Shown here piece by piece: positions 1-12,349 of a stretch of 64,000 nucleotides of DNA. The first letter of the stretch is position 1. Each line of letters begins with the position of its first letter. Source of the stretch: Chiloscyllium plagiosum. Its lineage: Eukaryota. Made by a program: the position numbers and the translations under genes. Where the stretch lies: contig NC_057719.1 of NCBI RefSeq assembly GCF_004010195.1, forward strand, positions 76,676,849-76,740,848. Reading direction: 5' to 3'. The notes under the pieces were generated by a model that ran no database searches, was not told the DNA's origin, and saw only the letters and a list, made by a program, of their open reading frames with translations.

Positions 1-1
1 A

Positions 2-383
2 AAGCCATTCAAGGTGGCTATCGATGCTAGTGATGTGGGTGTTGGTGCTGTGCTCTTACAAGAAGACAACGAGAAGATAGAAAGATATAAATACCTATCA
101 GGTATTTCTCCAGGAAGTTGGACATTCATCAGCAGAAATGTTCGATGGTTGAGAAGGAGACTTTGAGTTTGGTGTTGGCATTACAATATTTCAGTGTTTA
201 TGTACCAGGAATGTATCTGAGACAATTATATGCACTGATCATAACCCATTGGAGTTTGTGGAGAAATTTAAGGACAAAAATGCCAGACTGTTTAGATGGA
301 GGTTGTTGTTACAGCCATTCAATTTAAAACTGTGTATGCAGCAGGACGGTAAAACATGATTACTGACACTTTGTTGAGACTTG
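2..383 (+). mobile_element. Ty3/Gypsy RNase H domain remnant (3' end of pol, frameshifted)
   Basis: Translates as KPFKVAIDASDVGVGAVLLQ...YFSRKL...VEKETLSLVLALQYF...TDHNPL...ARLFRW, the Gypsy RNase H motifs DAS / EKE / TDH. Followed by a PPT and an LTR. Confidence 0.9.
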
Positions 384-578
384 AATGAGAAACAGAGGTG
401 TTTGGTGGCAGGGGTGACAGACTGAAATGGAATGTAATTGTGCATATTTGCACATTTATAGTCAGTGCAATGTTTCAGTGGATCTTAATATGTTTTAGAG
501 TACTAACAAGATTTTTAAGGGGTTTTAAAATGAAGCCATCTCTGAATATTGATGGTTCATTTTTTTAAAGGGGAGAGG

Positions 579-1203
579 TGTGATGAATCTGCTCCTTTAA
601 CAAGGTTATGCTGTCCTTGGCTTTATTTTCAGTGAGGTTGTAAATGCTACAGACTCTGAAAAGTCTGGTGGTTGAAGGGTTTTAAGGCCAATGTGATAAT
701 GACTAACAGATACTGCCTCAGACAGAAGGCTTTCAAGTTAAAACAAAACACATGTACAATGGAAGGGGTGTGGCCAGTTCTCCCAACTCAGCTTTTCTCT
801 GGTTTGGGTTTTTTCTAACAGTAATGTAGAAAAACTGTTGAACACAGAAGCAGGTCCAGGCTGGTACTCTTTCTCTGACTTATCTCCTGTAAGAACCTGT
901 GTTGATTTTACCTTTGGTGCCAAGGGATGTCTATGGGGATTGTTGCAAGTATCTCAAAGAGCATCATTAAGTTGGGATAGTTTGTTGGGTTTTTGGATAG
1001 GATAAGTTATTCGGTATTCTGTTTTCTGTTCTTTGTGCTTCATTCAGTAATCTTGTTAATAAAATCTGTTTTGTTTAAAACTAAGTGCTTTGACCAGCTA
1101 ATTCTCTCCTGGAATATCCACTTACAAATGTTTAAAACTATCAAAGTTAGGGTCTGGGCTACCATCTTGAACTGTTTTGAGGTATCTGGCCTAGCCCATA
1201 ACA
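579..1203 (+). mobile_element. 3' LTR of the Gypsy element
   Basis: PPT AAAGGGGAGAGG at 567-578, then TGTGATG...CATAACA. A homologous copy lies at 62403-63039. Confidence 0.85.
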
Positions 1204-1946
1204 CCTCAACTACTCAACTTGTACAGATTGTTTGACAGTCATGTCAGAGGTCTATTCTGAACAGTTCGAGAGGATTTGTATGTAAAGTGCCACTGGGCAT
1301 AGATTCTGCAGCTTCTATTTTAGGAGAGGTTTCATCCAGTTTAGCCTGACAGCAAAGTCGTAAATGGGGGATGTGTACTTTTATCTAGTTGTGGGGTTTA
1401 CCAAAATGGCTGACGTAAGAGATAGCATGCTTTCATCCAGCTACCCACAATTCTCTTTCAGAATAGACTGACACTCACCAAGTAATTATATTGTGGTAGA
1501 ACCAAATGTGGAGTTTCTTTCAAATCAAGATCATCTGGAAGTTCAAGTAAATAATCGACAGAATGAGATAGCACAGAAGGTGACCGTTTGGTTCATCATT
1601 CCTGTATTAACCCTTACTGGAGCTATCCAATTAATCTCACTTACCTGCATTTAGAATATAGAACACAGATCATAGAACATTACAGCGCAGTACAGGCCCT
1701 TCAGCCCTCGATGTTGCACCAACCTGTGGAACCAAACTGAAGCCCAACTAGCCTACACTATTTCATTTTCATCCATATGTTTATCTAATGCCCATTTAAA
1801 TGACCTTAAATTTGGTGACTACTATTTCACTACGGGGGAATTCTTACAATGATATCACGGTATAATTGTAGATCTATTACAGCACTGGTTTCGACAGTGA
1901 CACAGTCAATATAACATTTGTCACTAATCCATTTGTTTGAAACAAG

Positions 1947-1980
1947 AAAATTCTCTCTGTCTGATGGAATGTGAACCATT
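1947..1980 (+). CDS. Candidate exon of unidentified host gene (NSLCLMECEPL)
   Basis: Strong donor GTGAGT at 1981 and a weak AAG acceptor. Ends in phase 2, matching exon 2111-2167. Confidence 0.4.
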
Positions 1981-2110
1981 GTGAGTTGCATCTTTGCTCA
2001 TCGGCCAGAAGTTCCACGTTTGGGTCTAACTGCACCTCTTTGTGGCCCACGCAATGCACATTTATAATGTGGGTAAATAGGTTAAATATCATCTTTCATC
2101 TTACTTCTAG

Positions 2111-2167
2111 GGTTGTCAATCAATTTCAGGATAAATTTATTGAAGAAGCATCATTAACCTTTGAAAG
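2111..2167 (+). CDS. Candidate exon of unidentified host gene (VVNQFQDKFIEEASLTFER)
   Basis: Polypyrimidine tract plus TAG acceptor (catctttcatcttacttctag), AAG|GT donor, open frame, phase 2 to 2. Confidence 0.55.
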
Positions 2168-2406
2168 GTTAATAGCTATAAATGTAATCTGAACAGCTCC
2201 TATTAATGACTGGTTCATGTTTGTCCTTACCTCACAGCACGATATTTCCATCCTCAGTCTCTAATATTCACTGTTTCAACCTATCTCTCCTCTTCCACAT
2301 GCACAAACACTGAAGATTCCAAATTTCTTACTGCTGAATTGGGATTTCCTTCTCATCCTAGAATCTGACATTATTTCACATTGTTCACATCTTCTATATT
2401 TTCTCT

Positions 2407-2507
2407 GCATTAAATAGGAGTTACAGCTAGTGGTCTCTCTTGCGTTAAATAGGAGTTACAGCTAGTGGTCTCTCTTGCGTTAAATAGGTGTTACAGTCTC
2501 TCTTGCA
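2407..2507. repeat. ~35-bp tandem repeat, ~2.7 copies
   Basis: Unit TTAAATAGGAGTTACAGCTAGTGGTCTCTCTTGCG is repeated. Confidence 0.85.
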
Positions 2508-2727
2508 TGTTTTCTGTTTCAATTATTCATAACAGGATGAAGTTGGTCAGTTATTTTGACCACGCAATGCCCCACCAAGCAAGCATTACATCATAGAAGT
2601 CTTGATATCCAATTAGTAATTAAGAAGAGAAAGTCTCAGTATTTCATCAGTATCCCAATGCCCATGTTCTCTGCATTATTGGACAAATTTAATTGTCGTT
2701 CACTTCATTCTGCTTGAAGGTATTTGT

Positions 2728-2975
2728 AGAATCAGAGAATCCACACAGCGCAGAAAGAAACCATTCACCCATTAAGTCTGCACACACCCTGCAAAGAGCA
2801 TCTCACCCAGACCCACCCTCTAGATGTCCCTGTCACTCCACATTTACCATGGCTAATCCACCTGACCTGGACATCCTTGGACAATACAGGCAATTTAGCA
2901 TGGCCAATCCACTTCTCCTGCACATCTTTGGATTTTGGGAGCAAATTGGAGCACTTAAAGGTAACCCACAATATT
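2728..2975 (-). mobile_element. Degenerate HE1-like tRNA-derived SINE
   Basis: Core GGCAATTTAGCATGGCCAATCCAC...CTGCACATCTTTGG shared with the other SINE copies. A second old copy lies at ~3460-3750. Confidence 0.75.
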
Positions 2976-4012
2976 GCGGTATTGCCCAGAGTGAACAATT
3001 TGACAGCAATTCATTGGAGGCAGCCACATTTGATCATTACTGAGACATTGTCCATGAGTTTGACAGTACCCATACTTAAAGTTTTGACAGAAAACCACAT
3101 TAATATTTTCATCAATTATTTGATGGCACCTGATTATTTCTTCTGTTTTTGAGTTTGTGTTACTTTCAATGCGTTTTCCATTTTTTTTAGTCTTCCATTT
3201 GTAGATTCAGTTGTTGTTGACACACATTAACTTCACCGGTGTAAAAATCAAGATCACATCACAAAAACTATACAGAAGTATCATTAAAATTTATGATTTC
3301 ATTTGGAGACCAATATGTAACTTGAATATTCGCACAGTATCTCACACATACATTCTATATGTCAGTCCATCTGTCTCTTATTCCTTTCCAATAAGTTTTC
3401 AAGTTTTAACTTGAATGTGACTCTTCAGTTAGCTTCTGTCACCAAGTACATTCCAATCCATACAATCCCTACAGTGTGGAAGCAGGCCATTGAGACCATA
3501 CTGAACAGCATCTGACTCAGACCCTCTACCCTATCACTGTAACCCTGCATTTCCCACGGTTTACCCACCTAGCCTGCACATTCCTGGACACTACAGCATG
3601 GCCAATCGATCTAAGCTAGTCTTTAGGTGGAAACCAGAGCACCCAGAGGAAACACAGGGACAACATGCAAACTCAACACAGACAGTCACCTGAGGAATTG
3701 AATCCAGGTCTCTGGGGCCCTTAGGTGGCAGTGTTAACAACTGAACCACCTTTCCTTATGTTGTCTCTGATTCTTTTGTCAGTCCCCTCAAAGCTGGGTC
3801 AGCAATTCCAGCCATGTTTCTGTTGTTTGGTCACAGACAGAGCAGGACTCATCAAAGTCTGATAATGGTGTTGCACTGATTTCACCTGTGGTGATGATAC
3901 ACCACAGAGTCCACAGAGCGGTCTGTAAACTATTAACTCATCTGTGCCTCTTTTTATATTTTTGGCTGCTTCAGTTTCAAAATAATCAGCAGCAAAGTTG
4001 TAAAGGACTTAA

Positions 4013-4587
4013 CGGTTGCATAAGACTTGGGTTCAGCCACATTTGGAATACTGCATACAGTTCTGGTCGCCACATTATCAAAAGGATGTGGATGCTTTGG
4101 AGAGGGTGCAAAGGAGGTTCACCAGGACGTTGCCTGGTATGGAAGGTGTTAGCTGCCAAGAGAGGTTGAGTAGATTAGGATTATTTTCATTAGGAAGACA
4201 GAAGTTGAGGGGGTACCTAATTGAGGTCTACAAAATCATGCGAGGTATAGGCAGGATGGTTATCAAGAAGCTTTTTCCCAGTGGGGGACTCAATTACTAG
4301 GGGTCACGAGTTCAAAGTGAGAGGGGAAAAGTTTGAGGGAGATATGTATGGAAAGTTCTTTACGCAGAGGGTGGTGGGTACCTGGAATGCATTGCGAGAG
4401 GAGGTGGTAGAGGCAGGCACGATAACATCATTTAAGATGTATCTTGACATATACATGAATGGGTAGGGAGCAGAGGGATACAGATCCTTAGAAAATAGGT
4501 GACAGGTTTAGATAGAGGATCAGGATCAGCGGATGCTTGGTGGCTGAAGGGGCCTGTTCCTGTGCTGTCATATTCTTTGTTCTTTGT
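4013..4587 (+). mobile_element. CR1 LINE 3' fragment
   Basis: PHLEYCIQFWSPHYQKDVDALERVQRRFTR...LGLFSL...RGYLIEVYKIMRG is CR1 ORF2 C-terminus. CR1-type 3' tail follows. Confidence 0.92.
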
Positions 4588-4779
4588 TTTGTGTTGAAAG
4601 CTTTAATTTTAAACTAGATACTACTGCAAAACATTCATTGCAAATTATTCAGATTAAAGTAATAATTTTTAGCTAAAAATACAGTTACAAGAATAAGAAA
4701 TAATTACATAAAAACATTAGAAAGCTGAAATAGGACCAGTCTGTTTGAAGATTTTGTTTCCTGAGTTGAAGGGGTTGAA

Positions 4780-5210
4780 AACATGAAGTCAGAACTCAGC
4801 AAAAGTGTGCCAATGGAGGAAAGCCTAGTATGGGCCACAGTTGGAAAATGAAATTACAAAATACGTCAATGAGAATTGCCAAGGCTCTCTTTGCCTTGAA
4901 ACAAGCAAGAAAAGTAGGCTTTGCAGGTTTAAAAGCAATGATGGTGTGCGAAAAGCAACAACCCTGCATTGCTATAGAAGTCCAAGATTTCACAGGGTCT
5001 CTGATGACAAGCTTCATGCATTTCAGCAGCTCAAACATTGAAAAGAATGGATATGGATTGACCTGTATTGGGAACACTGATGAGAATCCAGTGAACTTTG
5101 ACATGCCACCCCTTCAATCAATGAGCAAGTTTGGAGAGAAAACATTGTTTGTGGGATAGCTAATCCACTTGATGGTACAGGATGATTTGTGGCAAGATGT
5201 GGCCGCTGAC
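4780..5210 (+). mobile_element. pogo/Tigger-like transposase fossil
   Basis: PQLENEITKYVNE (CENPB-type HTH) and IGNTDENPVNFDMP...GEKT (first catalytic D region). Frameshifted. Confidence 0.7.
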
Positions 5211-5271
5211 AATATGAGTTCTGATGAAGATGATATGAATGGCTCGTATCGATTAAGGGCGATGCTGTAAA

Positions 5272-5440
5272 ATAAACACAGCAGGTCAGGCAGCATCTGA
5301 GGAGCAAGAAACTCCTGATGACGGTTAAGCACAAAACGTCGACTCTGTTGCTCCCGTGCTGCCTGATCTGCTGTGCTTATTCCAGCTCCACCCTTTATCG
5401 ACCCCGATTCCTCCAGCATCTTCAGTTGTCACTATCTCCT
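5272..5440. mobile_element. Short Penelope-like terminal fragment in inverted arrangement
   Basis: CAGCAGGTCAGGCAGCATC and its reverse complement GCTGCCTGATCTGCTG. The same motif is in the PLE ends at 16.9 kb and 30.85 kb. Confidence 0.6.
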
Positions 5441-5881
5441 GAATGGTACGTATGCCATTCACAAAGCAGATTGGAATGTGTTATTTGGATCTGAAGTGGA
5501 GGAGGAGTGTGATTTTTATGGATTTTTAAACATGTTCATTGTATACTGCGCTCTGCTGCTAAGTAGCGTTCTCTCATTTCTGTCAAAACGCCAAGTGAAA
5601 TTTGACAAATTTGTAACTGGTTTTTGTTTTCGATAAAAAATAATTAATCCAGTACACAGAAATTAATGCCTGCCTCCATGGAAATTATTATTTAAATACA
5701 CATTTTAAAAGTCATAAAATCGCTATTGGCTATTTCTGTGTGACTTATGAGGGTGACTTGGCATTGACAGGGAAAGTCTCTAAAGGAGGGAGCTACATTA
5801 ACAAGGAGATAGGACAGGATGACTATCAACTGTCTACAATATTACTCATGTAAATTATCACCTTCTACTTTTCAACCAAAG

Positions 5882-5918
5882 ACTCTGTCTTAGAAACTTG
5901 GATTTTCTTTTCAGACAG
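5882..5918 (+). CDS. Candidate exon of unidentified host gene (LCLRNLDFLFRQ)
   Basis: Acceptor ccttctacttttcaaccaaag and strong donor CAG|GTATGT. Phase 2 to 0 bridges the flanking exons. Confidence 0.55.
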
Positions 5919-6012
5919 GTATGTGCAATATTTGCCTGCAATCCTGCAATATTTCACAAAGTGGCTCCCTCCACGGGGAACATGAATGGCCTTGCAGCCA
6001 CTCCATGGAAAA

Positions 6013-8100
6013 CTTTTTTTTTAATTTCAAAAATATACTTTATTCATAAAATTATTTTGACATCTATACAATTGGTTGTGCCATTCTTATGCACACTTTG
6101 CATTTCTTTACATACAGAGATTGGAATTAATCATTCGTCTATACAAGTCTGTACACTGACCATCCAGATATTTAGCTGAGGCGTTAGCGGAGCCCAATTA
6201 CTGCATGGGCCCCCTGTTCTTCTTAGGCAGGCAGACCTTACACGGTGGTCTTTCCCCACCACGCCTTGGCGGCAGCTGCCCCAAGCTTCAGCGCATCCCT
6301 CAACACGTAGTCCTGGACCTTGGAATGTGCCAGTCCGCAACACTCAGTCGGGGTCAACTCCTTCAGCTGGAAGATCAACAGGTTTCGGACAGACCAAAGA
6401 GTGTCTTTGACTGAGTTGATGATCCTCCAGGCACACTAGATGTTCGTCTCAGTGTGCGTCCCGGGGAACAGACTGTAAAGCACTGAATTGTCACAGAGCT
6501 GGTCGGCCCAGTTCCCGAAGAGCATGGTCTCGTTCTTGCCTCGGGTTACCTTTGCTCCCGAGGCCCATTCGAACTGGTCACATATGCACATGAGCCTGTG
6601 CACGGACAGTGGATCCGAGCAGAAAATGGTGACGTCATCCATTACATGGAGGCCTTAACCTGTAGGCCCCCGCTGCCAGGAGTAGTCACCCCTCTCAGGC
6701 TCGCATCCTTCCTGATGGACTCGGCAAATGGCTCTATGCAGCACACAAACAAGGCAGGAGAGAGAGGGCAGCCCTGCCTGACTCCAGATCTGACTGGGAA
6801 GCTATCTGATTCCCACCCATTGATTGAGACTGCACTGACAATGTTGGTGTAGAGCAGTCTGATCCAATTGCAGATTCCCTCCCCAAAGCCCATTTTGGAG
6901 AGAATATCTCTCATATATGTATGCGATATCCTTTCAAAGGCTTTCTCCTGGTCCAGCGATCTTCCTTTCCGGTACAGCACAGGTTTGGTCAGGGTGGATC
7001 ACTGATCCCAGAGCAGACTTGACCCAGTTGGCGATGACCTTTGACAAGATTTTGTAATCTGCCTTCAACAGTGAGATTGGTCTCCAATTTCTGATTCCCT
7101 CCCTCTCCCCCTTCCGCTTGTAGATGAGGGTGATGATGCCTTTCCTCATGGATTCACTCATGGTACCTGCCAGAAGCATACTGACATACACCTCCAGCAG
7201 GTCCTGGCCAATCAAGTCCCACAGAGCAGAATAGAGCTCGACCGGTAAGCNNNNNNNNNNNNNNNNTTCAACAGTGAGATTGGTCTCCAATTTCTGATTC
7301 CCTCCCTCTCCCCCTTCCGCTTGTAGATGAGGGTGATGATGCCTTTCCTCATGGATTCACTCATGGTACCTGCCAGAAGCATACTGACATACACCTCCAG
7401 CAGTTCCTGGCCAATCAAGTCCCACAGAGCAGAACAGAGTTCGACCGGTAAGCCGTCGCTTCGGGGAGTTTTATTCTTTTCGAGGGCCTTGGTCAGCTCA
7501 TCCAGAGATAGCGGCTGGACCAGTCTCTCCCGTGTTCTGTCATCTAAGACCTTCGTAACAGAGGACAGGAATGACTGGTAGGCCACGCTGTCGGTTGGCT
7601 TCGAGTCATACAGACTGGCATTGAAGGACTTGCTGACCCTCATGATGTAATCTGTGTGGAGAGGTGGGCCACATGTACAAGGCTTGCCCAAGATGAGGGG
7701 CCGCCACCTACGCACAGATGGCTGGAGGTGGACCGCAAAAGACCAGCAAGGTACCACAAACCAGCAAGGGAACGGTGTCTGGGGCCACCCAGATGAAAGG
7801 AAAGGCTGGAGCGGAGCAGGCGGCAACCACCGGGGAAGGTGCAGCAGCCGACCCAAGCCCCTACAGGACAGATGAAGGCAATGGAAGAGGAGGGAACCAA
7901 GGAGGCAGAGGAGTGGATTCCTGTAAAAACCAGGAAGAGAAAAACCCGCCAGGTCCCCAAAGCCACCCGCAAAGGGGGAAACGACACCTGCATGAGGAGG
8001 ATGCGGGCAGCTCTTCGGATGGTGAAGATGGGCGCAAGGAGGGTGGTCACCAGAAGAAGAGACAGAGCGCTGCGGGGAGAAAAACCATGGAGAAGGGATG
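6013..8100 (-). mobile_element. Tx1/L1-clade non-LTR retrotransposon, internally deleted, ORF1 piece inverted
   Basis: Poly-T and TTTATT at the left end. RT motifs NWRPISLL, HPDQTC, LDQEKAF, SGVRQGCPLSP and MDDV on the minus strand. CCHC knuckle on the plus strand at 7646-7687. Confidence 0.88.
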
Positions 8101-8808
8101 TCAATCCTAATGGCTGCCCCAGCATTGAAGGCACTGGCATTGCTCTGCTGTATATCCTTGCAGGTGACCAGGCTCATCCACGCTTCAAGCACACTGACTG
8201 AACCCCTCGATGCAGGAACCCAACTGCATTCCCTCATCGGATAGTGCACCCAGACACAGCTTCTTTAGCAGCCGTCTCCAACACCCACTGTCCCACCGCT
8301 TGCTCTCCCAATCCAGAATTCACTCCGATGTGGGATCTGCACACTTGCAGCAAAATTCAGCCCAATGAGGCTCATTGTTTCGTTGCTATGTTCCAAACCT
8401 CCTGCAATCTGCCAACTTAGCACAGTCCACTAATGGAGCCTGGGATGGTCCTCAGCTGTATTGTTCAGCAGCACGGCAGATGGTGATTTTAGTTAGTCGC
8501 ATTTATTTAGGGAATCAGAAGCTCATTGGGTTTCACAAAGTGGAATGTTTCTTCACTTCCAATAGAAAGACCTCTCCCTGTATACACAGCTACACCCATG
8601 AAAAGGAGATGAGTAACCGTGATTTTGAAAGGGATCAGTCCAAGGGCACCAACAGGATTAGAAATGTCAAAATGTAATTATGCCTCACGTGCTTTAAAAT
8701 CATTTAAAAACACAGTATTTGCTGTGTGCCATATGGAATTCCTGTTCAAGCAGGGCAAGTGGACTGAACTTCATTCAAAATCTGATTTTAATCATCTTTC
8801 CTGTTCAG

Positions 8809-8877
8809 ATTTGGCAGCGATATTTTTCTCAAACACCCTTACAGAATACTGATGCCTTTTTAAAAAAATTCAAGCAG
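8809..8877 (+). CDS. Candidate exon of unidentified host gene (IWQRYFSQTPLQNTDAFLKKFKQ)
   Basis: Acceptor atcatctttcctgttcag and donor CAG|GTAGAA. Only one frame is open, phase 0 to 0. Confidence 0.6.
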
Positions 8878-9360
8878 GTAGAATTAGAATATCCTTTATT
8901 ATCACATGTATTCAATAGAAAATACAGTGTGTGTACCGTCGCCATACACAGGCGTGATTCACATTAACATAGAATAAATTTTTGAAAAGCGTAGCTTAAA
9001 GAGACTCCAACTTTTCCTTCTCTGCTGCTACAGCATGCTACAGCTGTAGAGTATCCCACTCCGGGCTTCCCAACCAACACCATGACAGGGGCCCACTGGA
9101 CATGGAAGTGAGAGTCCCGCTGTAGGTTTTACAGGCCGACCGACTGACTTTGCAGTACCACGGCTTCTGAAGGCGCCGCTCCAGAACCACCGAAGCCGTC
9201 TCCTGCCGAGGTAAGTTTGAGAAAAAAGGGGAAAAAGGAAAAGAAGAAAGAAAAACAAGAGGATAAGCCAGGGCACGGAATCCTGTACTCTGTCGCCGTC
9301 AACTGACCATGTAGAATGTTACTGTAGGGATATGCCTGAATGCTGGACCTGAAAGGAAGT

Positions 9361-9670
9361 TTAGATTAGATTCTCTACAGTGTGGAAACAGGTCCTTCGA
9401 CCCAACAAGTCCACAACGACCCTCCAAAGAGTAACCCACCCAGATCCATTCCCCTACATTTACCCCTGCACCTAACACTATGGGCAATTTAGCATGGCCA
9501 ATTCACCTAACCTGCACATCTTTGGACAATGGGAGGAAACCAGAGCAAACCCTCACAGACACGGGGAGAATGTTCAAACTCCACACAGACGGTCACACGA
9601 GGCTGGAATTGAACCCAGGTCCCCAGTGTTGTGAGGCAGCAATGCTAACCACTGTGCCACCGTGCCGCCC
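9361..9670 (-). mobile_element. HE1-like SINE, full length
   Basis: Minus strand begins GGGCGGCACGGTGGCACAGTGGTTAGCA (tRNA-like A box) with B box GGTTCAATTCC. Tail is (TCTAA)n. Confidence 0.9.
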
Positions 9671-9695
9671 TGAATATAATTTAACAAAGCACCCA

Positions 9696-9767
9696 TTCCC
9701 TAACCGGGAATCGAACCCAGGCCGCGGCGGTGAAAGCACTAAATCGTAACCACTAGACCACCAAGGA
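9696..9767 (-). pseudogene. tRNA-Glu(TTC), probably a pseudogene
   Basis: TCCTTGGTGGTCTAGTGGTTACGATTTAGTGCTTTCACCGCCGCGGCCTGGGTTCGATTCCCGGTTAGGGAA (72 nt). The anticodon stem has an A-C mismatch and two G-U pairs, and there is no T4 terminator nearby. Confidence 0.85.
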
Positions 9768-10983
9768 GTGTAAAAGATACATGACAGTTTCTTCAATGTC
9801 TTTGAAGATAAAAGACAGGTCACTGTTATGGTATCAGGAGTGAACCTTTCTTGATATCTGTACCCAATCCATTCCCCGCTTACTTCAGTGTGCATATATT
9901 TTCAGCATTATCAGATTCAATTTCAGACAACTTTAAGCTGCAGCTTTGATTAAAACCATTGCATGTGAGCTAGCAATAAAATATTATGTGCAGAAGTAAT
10001 TTTGTTGAGTCTGTCCCTGTGACTTATCTGTTTTGTCAGTGATTATGCTATTCAATTGCACATCATCACTTGCCCTTTCAAAAGGAACCCAGGAGCTTCA
10101 ATGTCTGCAGCTAAGCTGGGTTCAGTGGTCAGGGAATTCTCCTGGGTGACTACGATTAACTGAGCCTGTACCAGTGATGATTAGCTTCATTTCCGCTGGC
10201 CTTTTGATCTCATGCTGCCTTCTAATTACATTTTCAGTACTCTAACATCCAGAGTGTGTCATGCCACACAAAGATAGATGTTCTGTGTATTATCTGTCTC
10301 TCTGACACTGCACAGTGCATAGGGGATGCTGCATGGGATAGCAACTGACAGGTAATTGGGTGTCACAGTATTTATTGGTGAATTAAGCAGGCTCTTTAAG
10401 CCAGTCCATTACCACTGCTCCCGAGTGAGGGTTTCTGCCCATCAATGCAGAACCACAGAGCTGGACTTTCGCTTTTGCAGTTAACATGTGGCGCTTACAA
10501 CAGCTGATTCGTCATGGTCTTGCCTGAATTTTCTGCTTTTCACTTCATCAGTTACACAGCCCAGATATTGGTGGTGGGAAGTCATCCGGTAAGTGAGATG
10601 AAAGTCCTCTAGCTTATATACAGTTTTCAACCATGATGAAGCCCAGCTGTGCCACACCTCCGAAGCTACAAGCTAGAATTGAGCCCTCAAACTGCTGGTG
10701 GTTAACACTGAAAACGTAGCCAGCTCCCCACTTCCAGAACAGGGATCTGGATGGGGGGGTCGGAGGGAAGGGCAATCCCTAATCTTGCTGACCACCAAAG
10801 GACACCAAACAGACCCAGCTAACCCAGACAGAAATTGCAGGAAGGGTTCAATACTAGGTCCCGAGTGACTGGGACACCCAGCAGTGTTGTGTAAGGTCAA
10901 TAATCTTGGTGAACACCACCAACTTCTCTCCAAACCTTCACACTCATGGGCCAGCCCTCATTGTAACTCTGCCACCACACATG

Positions 10984-11283
10984 GGCGGCATGGTGGCACA
11001 GCTGCCTCACAGCGCCAGAGACCTGGGTTCAGTTCCCGCCTCAGGCGACTGACTGTGTGGAGTTTGCATGTTGTCCCCTTGTCTGTGTGGGTTTCCTCCG
11101 GGTGCTCCGGTTTCCTCCCACAGTCCAAAGATGTGCAGGTCAGGTGAATTGGCCATGCTAAATTGCCCGTAGTGTTAGGTAAGGGGTAAATGTAGGGGTA
11201 TGGGTGGGTTGCGCTTCAGCGAGTCGGTGTGGACTTGTTGGGCCGAAGGGCCTGTTTCCACATTGTAAGTAATCTAATCTAAA
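10984..11283 (+). mobile_element. HE1-like SINE followed by a (CA)n-like microsatellite (11287-11357)
   Basis: GGGCGGCATGGTGGCACAG...GGTTTCCTCCCACAGTCCAAAGATGTGCAGG...TAATCTAATCTAA. Confidence 0.9.
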
Positions 11284-12349
11284 ACATGCACACGCGCACA
11301 CAGACTCGCACGCACACACACAGACACACACACAGATGTGCACACACGCACGCACATGTCTCACTAAGGCTAATGGCCTGCAACCCTCAGCATTGCATGC
11401 ATCATGTTCCCCCAGCTCATCTTCCCAAACAACTAACCCTTCCTGTGCTTCATACTAACTCAGTGAAACACCTCTCCTGCCTGGGAATGACCACAAACTG
11501 CTCTTGCATCTCGGCCCACCATACTCAATACCTCCCTTTATCTCATTCCAGGAGTAAAAACTGTCCCACTCCCTGCGCTGATGTCTCAGCAGCATCACAC
11601 CTCTGATCGCTGGACTGGTCACATCTGACCTGCAGGACTGAACATGGAAAAATTGAGGACACTGGGAATGCTTTCAGTGTAATCAGATGGGTCCCTTGAC
11701 TGACTGTGTCAGAACTCGCTAAACTGACTGTAGTTCACCTTCACCCCATCAAGGACTGGTTATCTTTGACTTCCTTCCATCTTCATCTGCTTGAAGCTAA
11801 TGCAGCAGGTTTATTGCCTAAGGTGCTGGCACATACTCCCAGCTTTGACATTGATGTAGCATGGTGCCATACATAGACATATCCACCCTCTCTGCCTGCT
11901 TGACAGACTGACTGTTCAGTGCACCTGTCTGTCACAAGCTGCCTGCCTCTCCCTCTGTGACAGAAAGCAAACCGAAACGCAGAGGCCGAGAGCAGGGAAT
12001 GCTAGGGAAGCCGCAATGATCCACACAGAGTCTGTCAGCCTGTTACTCCGCATAAAGTCAGTGAGTGTTGAGAAAGAAAGCTAAAAGCCGAAAGGTGTGC
12101 GTGTCCAAGTCAATCCTAAGGCAGCCAGTGGAGATGAGTACCTGTCGCTGCTCACAAAGCGTCTTGTCCAAAGCATGCAAGTTGGAGGGTTCTGTCAATT
12201 CTGAAGTGAAGCATTGAAGTCCTGAAGAGGAGTTGGACCGGGATCGGCTTCGGTGAGATGGAGACCGATGCTTTGTGAAAGCTGAGTTATGCGAATGGAG
12301 GGTCAAAGAGAACGGTGACCATGGAGCATTCAGGGATATTGTTCAGGAG

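Noticed and set aside
5915..5918. 4-nt micro-exon ACAG (ttttcag|ACAG|gtatgt)
   Set aside because: It is also phase-compatible, but the 37-nt exon sharing this donor is more parsimonious. This cannot be resolved without RNA data.
7063..7453. ~190-bp direct duplication in the Tx1 RT region
   Set aside because: The copies sit exactly either side of a short N gap, so an unmerged contig or haplotype overlap is most likely.
7212..8249. 345-aa minus-strand ORF as a novel gene
   Set aside because: It is a chimera of the antisense of the inverted ORF1 piece and Tx1 ORF2, running into Ns.
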